This document shows, one piece after another, positions 61,545 through 64,000 of a DNA stretch of 64,000 bases. The notes beneath the pieces are model-generated. The model was not told where the DNA came from and did not search any database. It saw only the letters and a program-made list of their open reading frames with translations. Source of the DNA: the human T2T-CHM13v2.0 reference genome, Homo sapiens; assembly GCF_009914755.1 (NCBI RefSeq), contig NC_060936.1. One strand, given 5' to 3'. Position 1 is the stretch's first letter; each line of letters begins with the position of its first letter. The position numbers and the translations under genes were made by a program.

Positions 61545-62218
61545 CAGTCGCTCTAACCCTGACAGTGTGTTAGTATCACCTGAAGAACGTGAAATAAACA
61601 GTGTTGTTGCCCTCTCCCAGAGATGTTGATTTAGTTATTCTGTGTCTGGCCTACATTTATTATGGAATCATGAAAAGATTAAATGGTATTTTCCTCACTG
61701 GGAGAATGAAGTATGATCATATCTGAATGATGAACATCCAGAGATTACAACAATACCTTTAAACAGCCAGATATTCCTGCATTAGTAAGACAAAATCTGC
61801 TTTTCAAAAACAAAAGGCAAAGTAAAATAAAGGGAACACAATGCTATTTCCAAATGAAAAGTGAGAATGGACCTTAAATAAAAATGAGCAAATATTTGTT
61901 TTTATTATGTTGCTGTTATCACCAACACAAATACAAATTTCATTGTTTAATTTTATTGAATTCTTTGTTTTTTTTATTTTAGAAACTAAAGGATAAAATT
62001 ATGTTGTGTGCTGGCTTGTATTTATAGATGCATGTTTATTTACCAAAAAATACAAAATAACTGCAAAATTTAAATAATTCCTCAATTAGAGAAAAAAACT
62101 AATTACAAATGTAGTTGTTGAGCAGCAAATAATTTGCAGGACAGGAATTCAAATGAGCCTCAATTCAGGTTTTAATGTGCAGCCAAATTTGAGAATGCAG
62201 CCAGGGTTAAGAACACTC
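61545..62218. mobile_element. MER5-type hAT pieces flanking an old L1ME fragment
   Basis: ttagtatcacctg..cccagagatgttgattta (61545-61650); ttaatgtgcagcca..gggttaagaac (62160-62215). Confidence 0.45.
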
Positions 62219-62952
62219 CTTCAAATCCAACTTGAAAAAGTGATAAAGATTTTATTCACAATGGAAATAAATACGTACTAGATGTAAACTGAAGAAAAAT
62301 GTGCAAAAATAAATAAACTAAATGGCATCAAGAAGTACACAAGAGATCTTGGAGAAGAATGAATAAGTGGAGAGAGATGCTGTAATCCTGAATTAGAAAA
62401 GTCAACATTTAAACATGCTTATAAAATTAAATTTACAAGCTTAATATAACTCCAGTAAAGCATCTTATAGGTCATATTAGTTTTAGGAGGGAGAGTGATA
62501 TCACAAAAGCATTCTAATTTTGTTATACTTTTCTACTGAAGGATTTAGTTTAGGATTTTGATGAGCATAAAGTAGAATCTTAATAAATGTCTGGTGTTTC
62601 AGTAAGCAGTCAAGACTCAGTTTCAATGATACTTTAGTATCAAATAATATAACAAATAAGTTATACTAGTGGTTTTTTAAAAAGTGTTTCTTATCAGGAA
62701 ATGTTCCTCTGAGTTTTATTTATTGAAAATTCAACCTTCCTGTGGTTCTCAACAGACCAAATATTAAACCTTAATAATGTTTAAATGCAGACCCAGAGTT
62801 CTCACTTCAGGAGTGAGAGTAAGTTTTGAGGAGCCCTATGTGGATGACATCTAAAAAGTATTGCACTCAGCCTCTTGGAGATAAAACTTAAGTCCATTAT
62901 GGGTCCACTGGAAGCAAGTCCTTAGTGGAGTCAAACTTATTGCTAATCAACG

Positions 62953-62999
62953 CTATTGCGGGCCAAAAGCCTCATGTGAGCGAAGCCACTTCTCAAAAA
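62953..62999 (-). other. Candidate terminal exon, coding part (V)FEKWLRSHEAFGPQ*
   Basis: Minus-strand acceptor gctcatttgacttttttagTAG; three retained CpGs nearby; AATAAA at 62715-62720 on minus strand. Confidence 0.35.
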
Positions 63000-63289
63000 C
63001 TACTAAAAAAGTCAAATGAGCAAAACACAGCTTCCTACCCTTTTTTTTTTGTTTTTTTACTTTACTTCTTTGAGACTCCCAAATTTTTTTCCTAACATTG
63101 TAGCTTTCTATCCCATCTTCCACTGACTTGTAAAATATGGTTACATGAAGATATTAAGAATAATTTTAATTAATTTACATGGGATAAATGAGTTATTGCC
63201 TCTAGTAATATAAATTTACAAACATTCATTACAGTAAAATGATATATTGAGTTTTCAATAATAATAGCATATGTTCAAAGATTTCTTAC

Positions 63290-63334
63290 CTGTTAATGGG
63301 TTATAATAAGTTTCCCTGGAAGTATATTCAAAAA
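63290..63334 (-). other. Candidate 45-nt phase-1 exon (X)FEYTSRETYYNPLT
   Basis: Minus-strand donor CAG|GTAAGA; acceptor atctttttaAAG; open frame continues in phase into 62999. Confidence 0.35.
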
Positions 63335-63689
63335 CTTTAAAAAGATAATCCGGAAGATGGAGACATTATAATATCCAAAATCATGAGAAACTGTAAATAT
63401 ATTCATCTAGATACTGTGTAGAATAATGGAAACCCATTTTTTCCAATTATGAATGAAAATTTGAACTATATAAGTCATAGGAATAACTTTTTTAAGTACT
63501 AAGAACTAATTAAAAAATAAAAAAATGTAAAAGATTTGTGTTTTAATTCAAAAGATACATTTATATGTGTTATAAGAAAACAAAATTTCCTGTGTGACAA
63601 GTACTCAAGTAACTAACTTAATGCCTTTTTGGTCAAGAATCCCAAATCCCCAAATCAATTTTTCTAAACTAGGTTCTCAAAACAGATCT

Positions 63690-63990
<301 letters not shown>

Positions 63991-64000
63991 CTCCCCTCCT

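Overview
AT-rich, CpG-poor human genomic DNA (an L1HS-Ta element is present, so human-specific), intergenic or deep intronic. It is dominated by nested transposable elements: L1 from L1HS to L1M, about 11 Alu copies, MaLR LTRs including a complete THE1D element, a decayed ERVL/HERV16-like provirus, a MER34-family provirus, hAT and mariner remnants, MIR, L2 and CR1. No recognisable host protein-coding gene is present; the longer ORFs in the track are L1 ORF1/ORF2, Alu or LTR-derived. I found no evidence of a new multi-gene system. The most notable observations are: (1) a 184-bp inverted templated copy of flanking DNA inserted into an LTR, with an iterated junction; (2) several smaller fold-back/template-switch scars; (3) an L1HS Ta-0 insertion with twin-priming inversion, ~1.4 kb internal loss and a perfect TSD; (4) a second twin-primed L1 lacking a TSD; (5) a 384-bp pure A/T palindromic repeat; (6) a pre-miRNA-like hairpin; (7) two in-frame candidate minus-strand exons near the right edge. 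Repeat subfamily names come from recalled consensus sequences and need RepeatMasker/Dfam confirmation.
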